Shown here one piece after another: positions 52,680 through 64,000 of a stretch of DNA of 64,000 bases. Every line of letters starts with the position of its first letter. The first letter of the stretch is position 1. The stretch comes from Octopus sinensis (lineage: Eukaryota), in the NCBI RefSeq assembly GCF_006345805.1, contig NW_021832267.1, positions 13,809 to 77,808 of the forward strand, in the 5' to 3' direction. Both the position numbers and the translations under genes were made by a program. The notes under the pieces were generated by a model. That model worked only from the letters and a program-made list of their open reading frames with translations, had not been told where the DNA came from and made no database searches.

Positions 52680-53496
52680 CTCTGTGGGGAGATGGCACCA
52701 ACTGTCAATGATCTCAAAGTGCATGTGTTTCCAAGCATTGCTCAAAACTTTAGCACAGTCAATGGCTATGCGAGCGAACTATCTTAGCTCCACGTTGTGA
52801 TACTGTCGACAAAGTCATTTGGGATCTCATGCAGCTGTTGCCAGGACAAGAACAGTCTTTCAAATCCATCGACACTGACATTGATCAGGACCAAGCTGTA
52901 GTTTTTTTCCCAACTGAGTTCCTGAACTCTCTACGTCCATCTGGAATTCTACCTCACAACTTTACACTTAAATCTGGATCCACCTTGCCTGTACAATGGC
53001 ACCAGACTGGTGGTGAAATCGATACAACTCCATCTCCTAGAAGCAGCAATTATCACTGGAAAATATAAGGGTAAGGATTACTTCATTCCACAGATCCCGC
53101 TAGTCCCATATGACCTCCCCTTTCATTCTAAACGGCTCCAATTCTCAGTGAAACTAAGTTTTGCTATGTCGATAAACAAATCCCAAGGACAATCTCTCAA
53201 GGTTGTTGGACTTAACCTTGCCTCTCCTTGTTTCTCTCAAGGGCAATTATATGTAGGATGTTCGCGAGTTGGAGGTCCCAAAGCTCTTCTTATTTGAAAG
53301 GACACACTGAAAACATTGTATATTTAGAAGTTCTACAAAATTAAAACTGTGATTCATTTCAGGATTATTTTAGTAACTGCTTATCCTTACGTCATCTGAT
53401 AGATTTATTCTGAAAATATACTTTTTATCACAATAAATGTATTTATTTCATTTAACAGTCTTTAAACTTCTGAGCAACGCCGGGTACTTGGGCTAC
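52680..53496 (+). mobile_element. 3' portion of a Helitron (PIF1-like helicase pseudogene plus terminus)
   Basis: WLCERTILAP, PTEFLNSL, RLQFSVKLSFAMSINKSQGQSL...PCFSQGQLYVGCSRV; subterminal gcaacgccgggtac and a CTAC|T end at 53493-53497. Confidence 0.9.
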
Positions 53497-53507
53497 TGTT
53501 ATATATT

Positions 53508-53692
53508 CGAGGGGTTGTTGGAGAGTCTCTGATTTTGGATTAAGAAAATACAAGAGGATCAGTTAATAATGATCTTAAGCTGACACACTTATTGCAGCGG
53601 ACCTTCAGATTTTCTAAACCCTGTAAAAGAACCCCGAAGAACTAGGCTTTTCGCGATACCCTTAAAGTCAGGAACTTTTCAGCAACCCCTCG
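53508..53692. mobile_element. Mariner-type MITE, 185 bp
   Basis: TIRs cgaggggttgttggagagtctctga / tcaggaacttttcagcaacccctcg; TA at the right end. Confidence 0.8.
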
Positions 53693-53821
53693 TATATACA
53701 TACAAGTATGTATGTAGGTAGATAAGTTTGTATGTATAATATATACATATAATATATACATAAAGACGTGTCGTAAATAATAAAGTCTAGTACACATTCC
53801 ATCTATTTTATTAATATATAT

Positions 53822-53913
53822 ATAAGTTCTGGGGTCGATTTGTTTGACTCAAGGCGGTGCTCCGGCATGGCCACAGTCAAATGACAAACAAATAAAAGAA
53901 TAAAAGAAAAGAA
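53822..53913 (+). mobile_element. SINE family D, 3' end
   Basis: ggggtcgatttgtttgactcaaggcggtgctccggcatggccacagtcaaatgac...aaaagaat tail. Confidence 0.75.
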
Positions 53914-54555
53914 TATATATATATATACATACATACATACATACATATTTATATATACATATACACACACACGCGTACGTACAAACTAATGTCTATATAT
54001 ATATGTGTGTGTGCAGGTACACGTGTATGTATAAATGTAAACATTTACGACATATATAAACATATATACGTACAATAAATTTATACGTACATAATATATA
54101 CATTACATATACACACAAATATATACACACACTCACACAGATACACACACGCACGCACTTATATTTATATATATAAATATGTCCTCATATTTACATAGAT
54201 ACACATGACTACATTCACACATACACAGACATTATTTAAAATTGACTACCAATCTTTTACTTCAAGTTTCATGCCAAGAAAAAGCATTCTTCAGATTACT
54301 ATTTTTTTTTCTTGGCATAAAACTTAAATTTATGTTGTAGTAGCCAAGTTTAACTTATTATGTTATAATAAATATTTACTCTAAAACAGGTATTCACCAA
54401 TCGTTATATAGTTGGAAATATCACTTTATTAGTTACACAACTTGGAAATATAATAATATATAGATATGAACACATATGAATATGTATGTGAATGAGTGTG
54501 TGTCCATAAATATATAAATATGTATATATACATGCATGCATATATATGTATATAT

Positions 54556-54596
<41 letters not shown>

Positions 54597-54892
54597 CATA
54601 CATACATACATAGATAGATTATTGTTATACGCCTAATTATATATATATATATATGGTGTGTGTGTGTGTGTAGATGTATGCACCAGTGTGGTGTATATAT
54701 TCATACCATAAATAGCTATGAAGATATACATACATATATACACATAATATATATATATTAAAAAGTCAATAAAAGAAAATGATGAAGGTATGGCATATAT
54801 ATATATATATATTTATGTATGTATTTATATGTATAACTTCACCATATATATATATATATATAACATATACATAATATATATATATTATATAT

Positions 54893-54929
<37 letters not shown>

Positions 54930-55800
54930 CATACACTTATACTGGCAAGTATTGGCGTTTGCAGACGACTGAGTTGGTGGTCAATTTCTTGAAAAAGAAT
55001 CAAGGTAATTCTTCATGAATGAATTCTATTAATCACAACAATACGCATATTCTTTGTAATAGAGTTTCACAGTTCAAACACGTCTAAACTCCAGCAACCT
55101 CTAGACAAAGAATTCTTAATGAAGGTTTCTGTGATCACGAACGTTAGAGTCTACGCTGACCATTGACAAAAAATATGCATTTGCTTCCAGCAGATATAAC
55201 ACGTGGATCACATATACACTCGCAAACACAAGTACACATCGACACACACGCTCATACACATACACACAACTATACACATAATAAATGTATGTATTGGGGG
55301 AAAAAAGAAAAAAAAACTAACTACCAATCTTCGTCGGTGGTCCTTATCTTCTGTTTGAAATTGGCAGTTTATGGAATATGCTGAAAATCATAAAATTGTA
55401 AGTAATTAGACAGCTGAATATCATGAAAAAAGAACAAAAGTAACATAGAGTTGAATAATTATGTGGATGAGGATGGTGATGATGATGATGATGATGATGA
55501 TCATGATGATGATGATGATGATGGTAGTGGTGGTGGTGGTGATGGTGATGGTGATGAAGATGATTTTTTCCCTCAGTGAAGGAGTGCCAGATGGATGAAC
55601 CACACTTAGAGAGCTGTCGAATTAATTGTCAACCTCTTCTATTATAACTATTTGATTCTGTATCTTGTACTGATTATTTATTCAGTTAATAATTACCGGT
55701 GTAAACGAATAGTTGTGTATACATACGGTACACACACACATTCACACATACACACACACTCACACACACATACATGCATACATATATATATATATATATA

Positions 55801-55837
<37 letters not shown>

Positions 55838-55872
55838 TGTATATATACATATATATATGTATTATACACACA

Positions 55873-55918
<46 letters not shown>

Positions 55919-55970
55919 GTGTGTGTGTCTGTGTGTGTATATATAATACATATATATGTATATATACATG

Positions 55971-56000
<30 letters not shown>

Positions 56001-56002
<2 letters not shown>

Positions 56003-56055
56003 GGGAGAATTCACACACAAACAAAACCCAAAAGATGAAGACAGGTGGTGTAGAC
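56001..56055 (-). mobile_element. Family F 3' fragment (no HHR part)
   Basis: agggagaattcac...aaaagatgaagacaggtggtgtag matches 32228-32275. Confidence 0.7.
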
Positions 56056-56262
56056 AATAATCCTTTCTATCATAACCACAAAAAAATTATAGATTATCGA
56101 TTATGTCTACACAAGTACTCGACTGGTACTTATTTTCTCGACCCTGAAAGGAGGAAAGGGAAAGTTGACCTCGGTAGAATTTGAACTCAAAACGTAAAAC
56201 CGTAAGAAATATAGCGAAGTATTTGTTCGGTGTGCTAACAATTCTCTCAGTTTCCCACCTTA
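56056..56262 (-). mobile_element. SINE family A (degraded)
   Basis: gactggtacttattttctcgaccctgaaagg...gttgacctcggtagaatttgaactc. Confidence 0.75.
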
Positions 56263-56279
56263 TCATAATAATAATATAC

Positions 56280-56328
<49 letters not shown>

Positions 56329-56331
56329 TGA

Positions 56332-56363
<32 letters not shown>

Positions 56364-56499
56364 CGAGAAGGAGGAGGAGGACAATAATAATAAGTGTCTG
56401 TTTGTGTCACAAGGCACTATCAATTATCGCTACGTTTTAGGTTTCTTTCTCTAATTACGAATATTTTGCAGGTCATTCAGTATATCACTACATAATTTG

Positions 56500-56548
<49 letters not shown>

Positions 56549-57251
56549 GTCTATATATATATATATATATAAAAATATGTATGTATGTATACGCATATAT
56601 TCCATATTTGCATTATACATTGTACAAGTATACACATATATAAACATATAATACATACGCACATACATACACATATCACAATACAATTCACGCAAGTCTG
56701 AGATTATGACGGTTGTTACATAGAACTGAATATGTGTTAATTCCTGTGTGGCATTGCAAACGCATGCGTGTGCGCGCGTGTGTGTGCTCTTATGTGTCTA
56801 TGTTACCAAGTTAAAGTGCTTTGCTAGTAAATAACTTTGTAAATGAAGGGAGCAGAAGCTCTCTCAGTAAGAAAAACATCAAGCTACAAAGGCAATATAG
56901 ATGTTGGTATAAAAAAAGAAAACTATATCTGTTTGGACTTGGCTCAGAGCAAAACATTAAACTGTGTATAAATGGTTGTGCTTGAATGTGTTCACTTAAA
57001 TGTGACATGTGACTTTAACTATATAAATACATCACCAAAATTCTAACCACGAACATATGCACACATTCAAATGACTGAAACAAGTAAAAGAGTAAAAGAG
57101 TAAGAGTATATATATATATGCATGTATGTATGTATGTATTATGTATGTATGTATGTATGTGTGTATGTATGTATGTATATATATGTATGTATGTATTTAT
57201 GTATGTATGTATGTATATATATATATATGTATGTATATATATATATGTATG

Positions 57252-57285
<34 letters not shown>

Positions 57286-57300
57286 TGTATGTATGTATAT

Positions 57301-57415
57301 AGCCACTACACATTCTTTATTTTCTCTCCTTGTTTCTTTCTGTGTTCATTTCTCTGGAAGAGCGTAGGCTCGAAACCTTAAAGACTTTTTCACTTCCCGA
57401 GCATTAAAATAATAC
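57301..57415 (+). mobile_element. Family F copy with degenerate HHR-like motif (57348-57384)
   Basis: CTCTGGA-A-GAGC-gtag-GCTC-GAAAC-CTT-aaagac. Confidence 0.7.
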
Positions 57416-58481
57416 ACCACATAAGTTCGATTTTATAACGAACGTTTGCCAAATAAATATCATTTTGGCCATTTTGCACAACATCAACGTTTAACCCCTA
57501 TTATGTATAACTTCGAAGCAACCCCAACATCTGCTATTTTCTTTATTTGGCAGGAAACAATTTTTGAATGAATGCATGCATTTGTTACCTTCTCGAACAT
57601 TTCTACTAAAACGACAGGAATTAACATTTTCTTGCATAATTATTCGAATATAAGAGACATGGAAAATGGAGACAAACGCACAAGATGTTATTTAAATCAT
57701 TTATATCACCAACATATATCTTTCGATGGATATTTTAAAATTAATCCGGGGGAAAAATTAAGGTCTCCATTTTCTATTTCTCTTGAACCCTCTAAAACAC
57801 TTCGAACTTCTCCTCGGTATTATTATCCATATACATGATGTTACTAATATATTAAAGTGCTTATGTGATATTTGGCTACACTGGTAACTATTTCTCCGAT
57901 TTTCCTTAATAATTAAACATATATATATATATATAGGTTTAAGTAATTGAGATTCAAGTGAATTCACATGAATATGATCCTCAACTAGGATGCACCGGAA
58001 ATCTATATGGTGTTAAACATACGACAAGTGGGGTGATTACAAATAGGAAAAAAGCAACAAGAATGGATTAAAATATCGGTACAATTGTTTCGTACGAGGA
58101 CATCTTTAATAAGCTACAAAAAATGCAGTAAATATAGATGGCTCGTACTCATATATATATGCGATGCTTTTCGGTAAGTAGCGTCGATTTTTACAATTCT
58201 GTAAATAATAATAATAGTAATCTGCTAGCTTAAATCTTATAAGCGATCACCGTGCAATGACTAAAGAAAATTGTCTAATAATGGGGCATATAAGAATGAC
58301 CTCGCCTGAAAAAAATAAGTTTTCCCGTACGCGAAAACCTACTTTTGTCCGTCGAGGGTTTATATGTCCCCTTATTACACAGTTTTCTTAATTCATTGCA
58401 CGTTGATCACTTATAAGCTTTAAGCTTATAAAACACTATTATTAATACATATACATACATACATATATGTATGCATACATA

Positions 58482-58712
58482 CAAGCTTGGCCAAAAGTCA
58501 CCTGACAGTAAATCAAAACCATTTATTTCCATGGTATATTTATGTTTAACAACTGAATGGATTTAATAAAAGCATCTGAATATGAAACATCATAAAAATT
58601 GTTCAAACTGAAGTCCTTGAGCGACACATTTTTTTCAAATGAATAAACAAAATTGAATATTAAGTATTTATAGAATTTTCATTTCTTGTCAGGAGACTTT
58701 TGGTCAAACCTG
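58482..58712. mobile_element. Tc1/mariner-derived MITE, 231 bp
   Basis: TA|caagcttggccaaaagtcacctgaca ... tgtcaggagacttttggtcaaacctg|TA; inserted in (TATG)n. Confidence 0.85.
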
Positions 58713-58879
58713 TATGTATGTATGTGTGTGTGTATGTATGTATGTATGTATGTATATATGTATGTATGTATGTAATGAATGTATGTAATGTATGTATGTA
58801 TGTATGTAGTATGTATGTAATGATGTATGTATGTATGTATGTATATATGTATGATATGTATGTAATGAATGTATGTATG

Positions 58880-58910
<31 letters not shown>

Positions 58911-59372
58911 TGAATGTATGTATGTATGTAATGAATGTATGTTTGTATGTATGCGTGTATGTATGTATGTATGTATGTATGTTTGTATGTATGTATGTAT
59001 GTATGTATGTATGTATGTATGTTTGTATGTATGTATGTATGTATGTATGTATGTTTGTATGTATGTATGTATGTATGTATGTATGTATGTTTGTATGTAT
59101 GTATGTATGTATGTATGTATGTATATTATTTAGTCATTTTCTTTTTAGCAACAGAATCACATGGCTTTCACTTATTCAGGAGGCGAGTTTTACTGAAATG
59201 TTTGTTTTACATACCAGCTTTAGAGAAAAGGATGTCTAAAATGATATTTTCCCGCTTAATAAACGAAAGAAATAAAAGAAAATTAGTGCTCATCCTCTCC
59301 TGACTTAGTTGCTAACGAATTAAAACAGGAAAAAGAAAATAAAAATCTGCAGCAGTTTCAGACATATTGATG

Positions 59373-59481
59373 GCGGTGTTGCGGAGGAAAGAAACAGGCG
59401 TGCTACTAAAGCAAAAACAAAATCCATAAATTAATAACTATGATATGACCATCACGATAATAATAATAATAATAATAATGG

Positions 59482-59539
<58 letters not shown>

Positions 59540-59549
59540 CATAATAATC

Positions 59550-59609
<60 letters not shown>

Positions 59610-59762
59610 GTTATAATAATAATAAGAAAAATAATAAAAAAAAACATCCGCGGTGTTGCGGAGGAAAGAAACAGGCGTGCTACTAAAGCAAAAACAACAT
59701 CCATAAATTAATAACTATGATATGACCATCACGATAATAATAATAATAAATAATAATAATGG

Positions 59763-59817
<55 letters not shown>

Positions 59818-59830
59818 CATAATAATAATC

Positions 59831-59890
<60 letters not shown>

Positions 59891-60044
59891 GTTATAATAA
59901 TAATAAGAAAAATAATAAAAAAAAACATCCGCGGTGTTGCGGAGGAAAGAAACAGGCGTGCTACTAAAGCAAAAACACCATCCATAAATTAATAACTATG
60001 ATATGACCATCACGATAATAATAATAGTAATAATGGTAATAATA

Positions 60045-60060
<16 letters not shown>
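59373..60060. repeat. About 2.5 tandem copies of a ~280-bp unit (unique head plus interrupted TAA)
   Basis: gcggtgttgcggaggaaag at 59373, 59650 and 59931. Confidence 0.9.
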
Positions 60061-60075
<15 letters not shown>

Positions 60076-60179
60076 TAATAATAATAAAAAAAAAAAATAA
60101 TAAAAAAATAAAAAAATAATAATAATAATCATCATAATAATAATAATAATCATCATAATCATAATATAATAATATAATA

Positions 60180-60211
<32 letters not shown>

Positions 60212-60334
60212 TAATAATAATAATAATGATAATAATAATAATAATAATAATAAGAATAATAAATAATAATCATGATAATAATAATAATAATAATCATAAT
60301 GATAATAATAATAATAATCCTAATAATAATAATC

Positions 60335-60372
<38 letters not shown>

Positions 60373-60378
60373 ATTAAC

Positions 60379-60425
<47 letters not shown>

Positions 60426-60431
60426 TAATAA

Positions 60432-60812
60432 TGATCCTTTCTACTATAGGCACAAAACTTGAAACGCTGGAGGAGGAAAATAATAATAATAATAATGACA
60501 ATAACACCAGTACTAAACTGGTACTTACTTTTATTGACTCAGAAATGAAGAAGGCCAAGCCGGAAAAAATGCTGCAAATGGTTCTGCCATCTCGCTGAAT
60601 CAATAATAATAATAATAATGATAATCCTTTCTGTTATAGGCACAAGGCAAGAAATTTTTGTGGAGGGAGCTAATCGATTACATCCACCCTAGAGCTCAAT
60701 TGATACATATTTTATCGACCCCGGCTCAATTTGAACGCAGAACGTAGCGAGGGACGAAATTCCGCTGAGTAGTTCACCCGACGTGCTAACGATTCTGCCA
60801 GCTCAGCGCCTT
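60432..60812 (-). mobile_element. Two degraded SINE family A copies (about 60432-60600 and 60622-60812)
   Basis: atcctttct..tataggcacaa tails; gctaacgattctgccagctc head on the second copy. Confidence 0.7.
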
Positions 60813-60828
60813 CTTAATAATGATGATG

Positions 60829-60918
<90 letters not shown>

Positions 60919-61319
60919 GGGATTTCTTTATAGGTCACAAGAGCCTAAAACAAAACAAATAGGAGCAATACAATACAAGGGACATTAACAAAATTCTGTG
61001 CGAAAATAAAAATCTTCATAACGTGAAACCGCCGCTCACTGATCAGCATTTACCAAAGACGACATTTTAGTTTAGCTTTTTAAGATGACAAAACATTGTG
61101 TTGAAATACAAAAGTGAATTACATAAACAGGCGAGATTGTATTTTAAGTCGAAACTGTATGGTGTGTGAGTGTGTGTATGGGTATGTGTTTGTGTCTATG
61201 ATTGTGTGTGTGTGTGTCTGCGCGCGCGCATGCGAATGTCTGTATATCTGTGTATTTGCGTGTGTGTATGCTTGTATGCGCGCGTGTGTGTGTTTGTGTG
61301 TATGTGAGTGTGTGTTTTT

Positions 61320-62340
61320 CAATCCAATTCAATTCAATTTTTATTGGTTCAAAAAGCAAAAGCAAGGCCATGTAGGGGAACAGGGAGTTATATACAGGGA
61401 GGGTGGTCATACAAAGAGTTCAGGCCATTTCTGGTCAAGGGAGACTTTGAATCGAGCGGTCGTCGGCATCTTCACTATCTCCTCCGGCAGCTTATTCCAT
61501 GGATCCGTCAACCCGGACGGAGAAAGCCCCTCTCCTTCGATTGAGATGAAATCGTCGTAGATAGAGCTTTTCGGAGTGACCCCGCAGCCGACGCTCTGGA
61601 GCAGGAGTGAAGAACAGCTCTTTCGAGAGTTACACTTTCCGCTTATGAAGTTGTGAGTAAGAATGAGATCACCACGGCGTCGTCGTTTTTCGAGAGAATA
61701 AAGGTCGAGCGTCTTCAGCCTTTCTTCATAAGACAAATGCTTGAGACCAAGAACCATGCGGGTAGCCAGCTTCTGGACTCTTTCGAGATGATGTATGTCT
61801 TTGAGGAGATGAGGAGAAGAGGCTTGAATCCCGTACTCCAATATGGGTCTCACCAGCGTGACAGAGCGGTAGGAATATGGCTGCTGTGAGCATTCCGAAT
61901 GACCGTCGAATCAAAAACAGAACTCCGCGTTATTTGTTGGAAGCATGGACGCATTGGGCCGAAGGCGAAAAGGAAGAATCCACCAAGATACCCAGGTCCT
62001 TTACTTGGTTGGTCTTCTCCAGCAGCAGACGACCTGGCTCGAAATCAAGTTGAGTTGCAGGAGAGGAGCTAACAGGCAGATGACAGCACTTTGCCACGTT
62101 CAGACACAGGTCCCATTCGTTTGACCATCTCCAAACTTGGTGGAGGCATCGACGAAGATCATCTATATCACTGCGAGGAGCGACCAGTTTGACATCGTCG
62201 GCAAATAGAAGGGTGTGTTGCGTGAGGTCGTCGGGCAAGTCATTGATGAAGACTAAAAGCAATAACGGCTCAAGCACTGAACCTTGAGGCACGCCACTGC
62301 TCGCACTGGAGACGTCGGACAGCGAACCATTACCTTGGAT
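61320..62340 (-). mobile_element. 5'-truncated CR1-clade LINE (RT C-terminal half)
   Basis: ORFs 61930-62292 (PQGSVLEPLLLLVFINDL, LFADDVKL, LNVAKC) and 61407-61853 (RPILEY, LERVQKLATR, SYEERL, RRRRGDLI, WNKLP); (GAATT)n-like 3' tail at about 61320-61342. Confidence 0.93.
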
Positions 62341-62845
62341 TTCTTAGTATGTGTGTGTGTGTGAGTATCTATATATGCGTATATAGATATCCTGGGTATG
62401 ATATCAAAAACTGCATCTGGTAATGAGACTCCACCTTGGAAGTTCTGGAGCTTTAGGGAGCGTGGAGTCATCCCCTAAAAATTTCTCCCATATCCATTCA
62501 GACCTTAGACTCCTATTTCTTGGTTTAATTACATTTTTGTAAGGATAGATTGAGCTGCGTAGCTTAAATAGTCGTAATCAATCTAGAAGGAAAACCCCGA
62601 ATTAATACCGACTTTCAACATACCATCCGCCAACACGGAAAAATTTAGTCAATAAAAATAACATGATTCCGGTAATATAGATTCAGATCAGAAGATGCTA
62701 CCTTCAGACCCTCAACAGGTGGCCAGGAGGGCACACCGACAGCATCGGCCTGGCGTACCGCGAATGCCTTTGGCAAAAAGTTGATTACTTGTCGGTGCAT
62801 CTTCTGCCGCAAACGGAGATAGCAGGAAATGATAAGCATAGATAT

Positions 62846-62885
<40 letters not shown>

Positions 62886-62889
62886 TTAA

Positions 62890-63095
62890 TCCAAACATGA
62901 AGGCACAAAGAGAAAACACAACAACGCAAGGACGTGGAACAAGTATACTGTTATTGGACCCTCAGGAAAGGAAAGAAAGAAGGAGGACTTAACGTTTCGA
63001 GCGGAGCTCTTCGTCAGAAACATAGAAAAAGGAAAGGTCCAAGGAAGGGAAGACAGAGGAAAAAAATCGCCAACGATACACGCGCGGTCACATTT
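62890..63095 (-). mobile_element. Penelope-type terminal repeat fragment (family G)
   Basis: Carries the minimal HHR at 62986-63021; abuts (GT)n. Confidence 0.55.
62986..63021 (-). ncRNA. Minimal type I hammerhead with intact core
   Basis: Minus strand: gttt-CTGACGA-A-GAGC-tcc-GCTC-GAAAC-GTT-aagt; the ACGT palindrome replaces stem III. Confidence 0.7.
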
Positions 63096-64000
63096 TGAAT
63101 GACCGGAAGGAAATGGGTGAAGAAAAAGTTCTTTCAAAGACAGGAGAGTTCAATATGTGTGTGTGTGCCTGTGTTTACACACATACACGTGCACGCTCCC
63201 TTACACGTACATGCGTGCGCGCTCACGCACGGACACAAACACATACACACATACACACACACATAAATACACACACCGACACACACATACCCATATCCAC
63301 CAACAAGCAAACGAAATGGCTGGTAGCATCACAATATTGCGAAATGCAATTTAGCGATAGAAAATGCTCAGTAATGTTGAGGAGAGTTAAATGATATTGA
63401 ATCAAAAGCTAAGTCAGTGAGAGTTGGTACTCTCATTGTTTCAATCCCGATCTTCAGTCTCCTGACGATCAGCAACCGGAAACTCCGAGTAGTAACAACT
63501 AAATCAATTTCAGCTTCAGATTTGCATATAAAATCTGTGTGTGGTGTGGTGTGTGTGTGGTGTGTGTGTCCACGCGCGAGCGGTAGAGGTGACTGGAATC
63601 ATTCCACCGATGTCCATTAACGATTTACCAGGTTACATTATCCAAACAGATGTGGAAGGAATACTTCACCAAATACCTCCACCAGTGCCATAACCATGCA
63701 TCTGCTGAAGTTTTATTTGTATTTCTTTCTCTCTTTTTTTGTGTTAAATTGTTCCCCTCGATTCTATATATATTTTTTTTCCTGGTCTTCATCTCTTCTT
63801 TCGCTTTCGCGAATACTTCGCCGGCGTTTGCCCATAGAACTGTTGTTCTTCTTGTTGTTTTCATTGGGTGATGTTCTTGATTTTGTTTACGATGATATTG
63901 TTGTTGTCACTGGGGATAGATTTTATTTATAAATTTTTACTTATTATTTACCATATGTACACACTCGTATCCTAAACACTCTTCTTCTGTGTCGTTTTCT

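Noticed and set aside
59373-60060. Repeat-spacer-like periodicity suggesting CRISPR
   Set aside because: The 'spacers' are near-identical TAA microsatellites; eukaryotic context; no cas genes.
63625-63864. Possible host-gene exon near the window end
   Set aside because: No convincing acceptor polypyrimidine tract and no recognisable protein motif in any frame.

Overview
AT-rich, microsatellite-saturated eukaryotic DNA in which I cannot support any host protein-coding gene, rRNA, tRNA gene or CRISPR array. The repeat families look like those I recall from octopus genomes; that organism assignment is an inference. Nearly all ORFs in the track are translations of simple repeats. The real coding remnants are all transposon-derived: an internally deleted Tc1 element (3699-4661), a 5'-truncated Tx1/L1-clade LINE (about 6366-8606), four R4/Dong-type restriction-like-endonuclease retrotransposon fragments embedded in (TAA)n, CR1-type LINE fragments and a Helitron helicase 3' end. 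Non-coding mobile DNA includes several tRNA-derived SINE families, hAT and mariner MITEs, and a roughly 560-bp element found mostly in (TAA)n. The most interesting signal is a set of type I hammerhead ribozyme (HHR) motifs from at least five sequence-distinct repeat families. The best is a young 424-bp unit at 34723-35776, arranged as a fold-back of two longer-than-unit, circularly permuted arms. Each arm carries a near-canonical HHR with a palindromic stem III, making it a candidate retrozyme or Penelope pLTR that may pass through a circular RNA. An adjacent 2-kb element with inverted termini (32471-34430) carries a second HHR family. All folds were done by eye; no catalytic activity or novelty has been verified.
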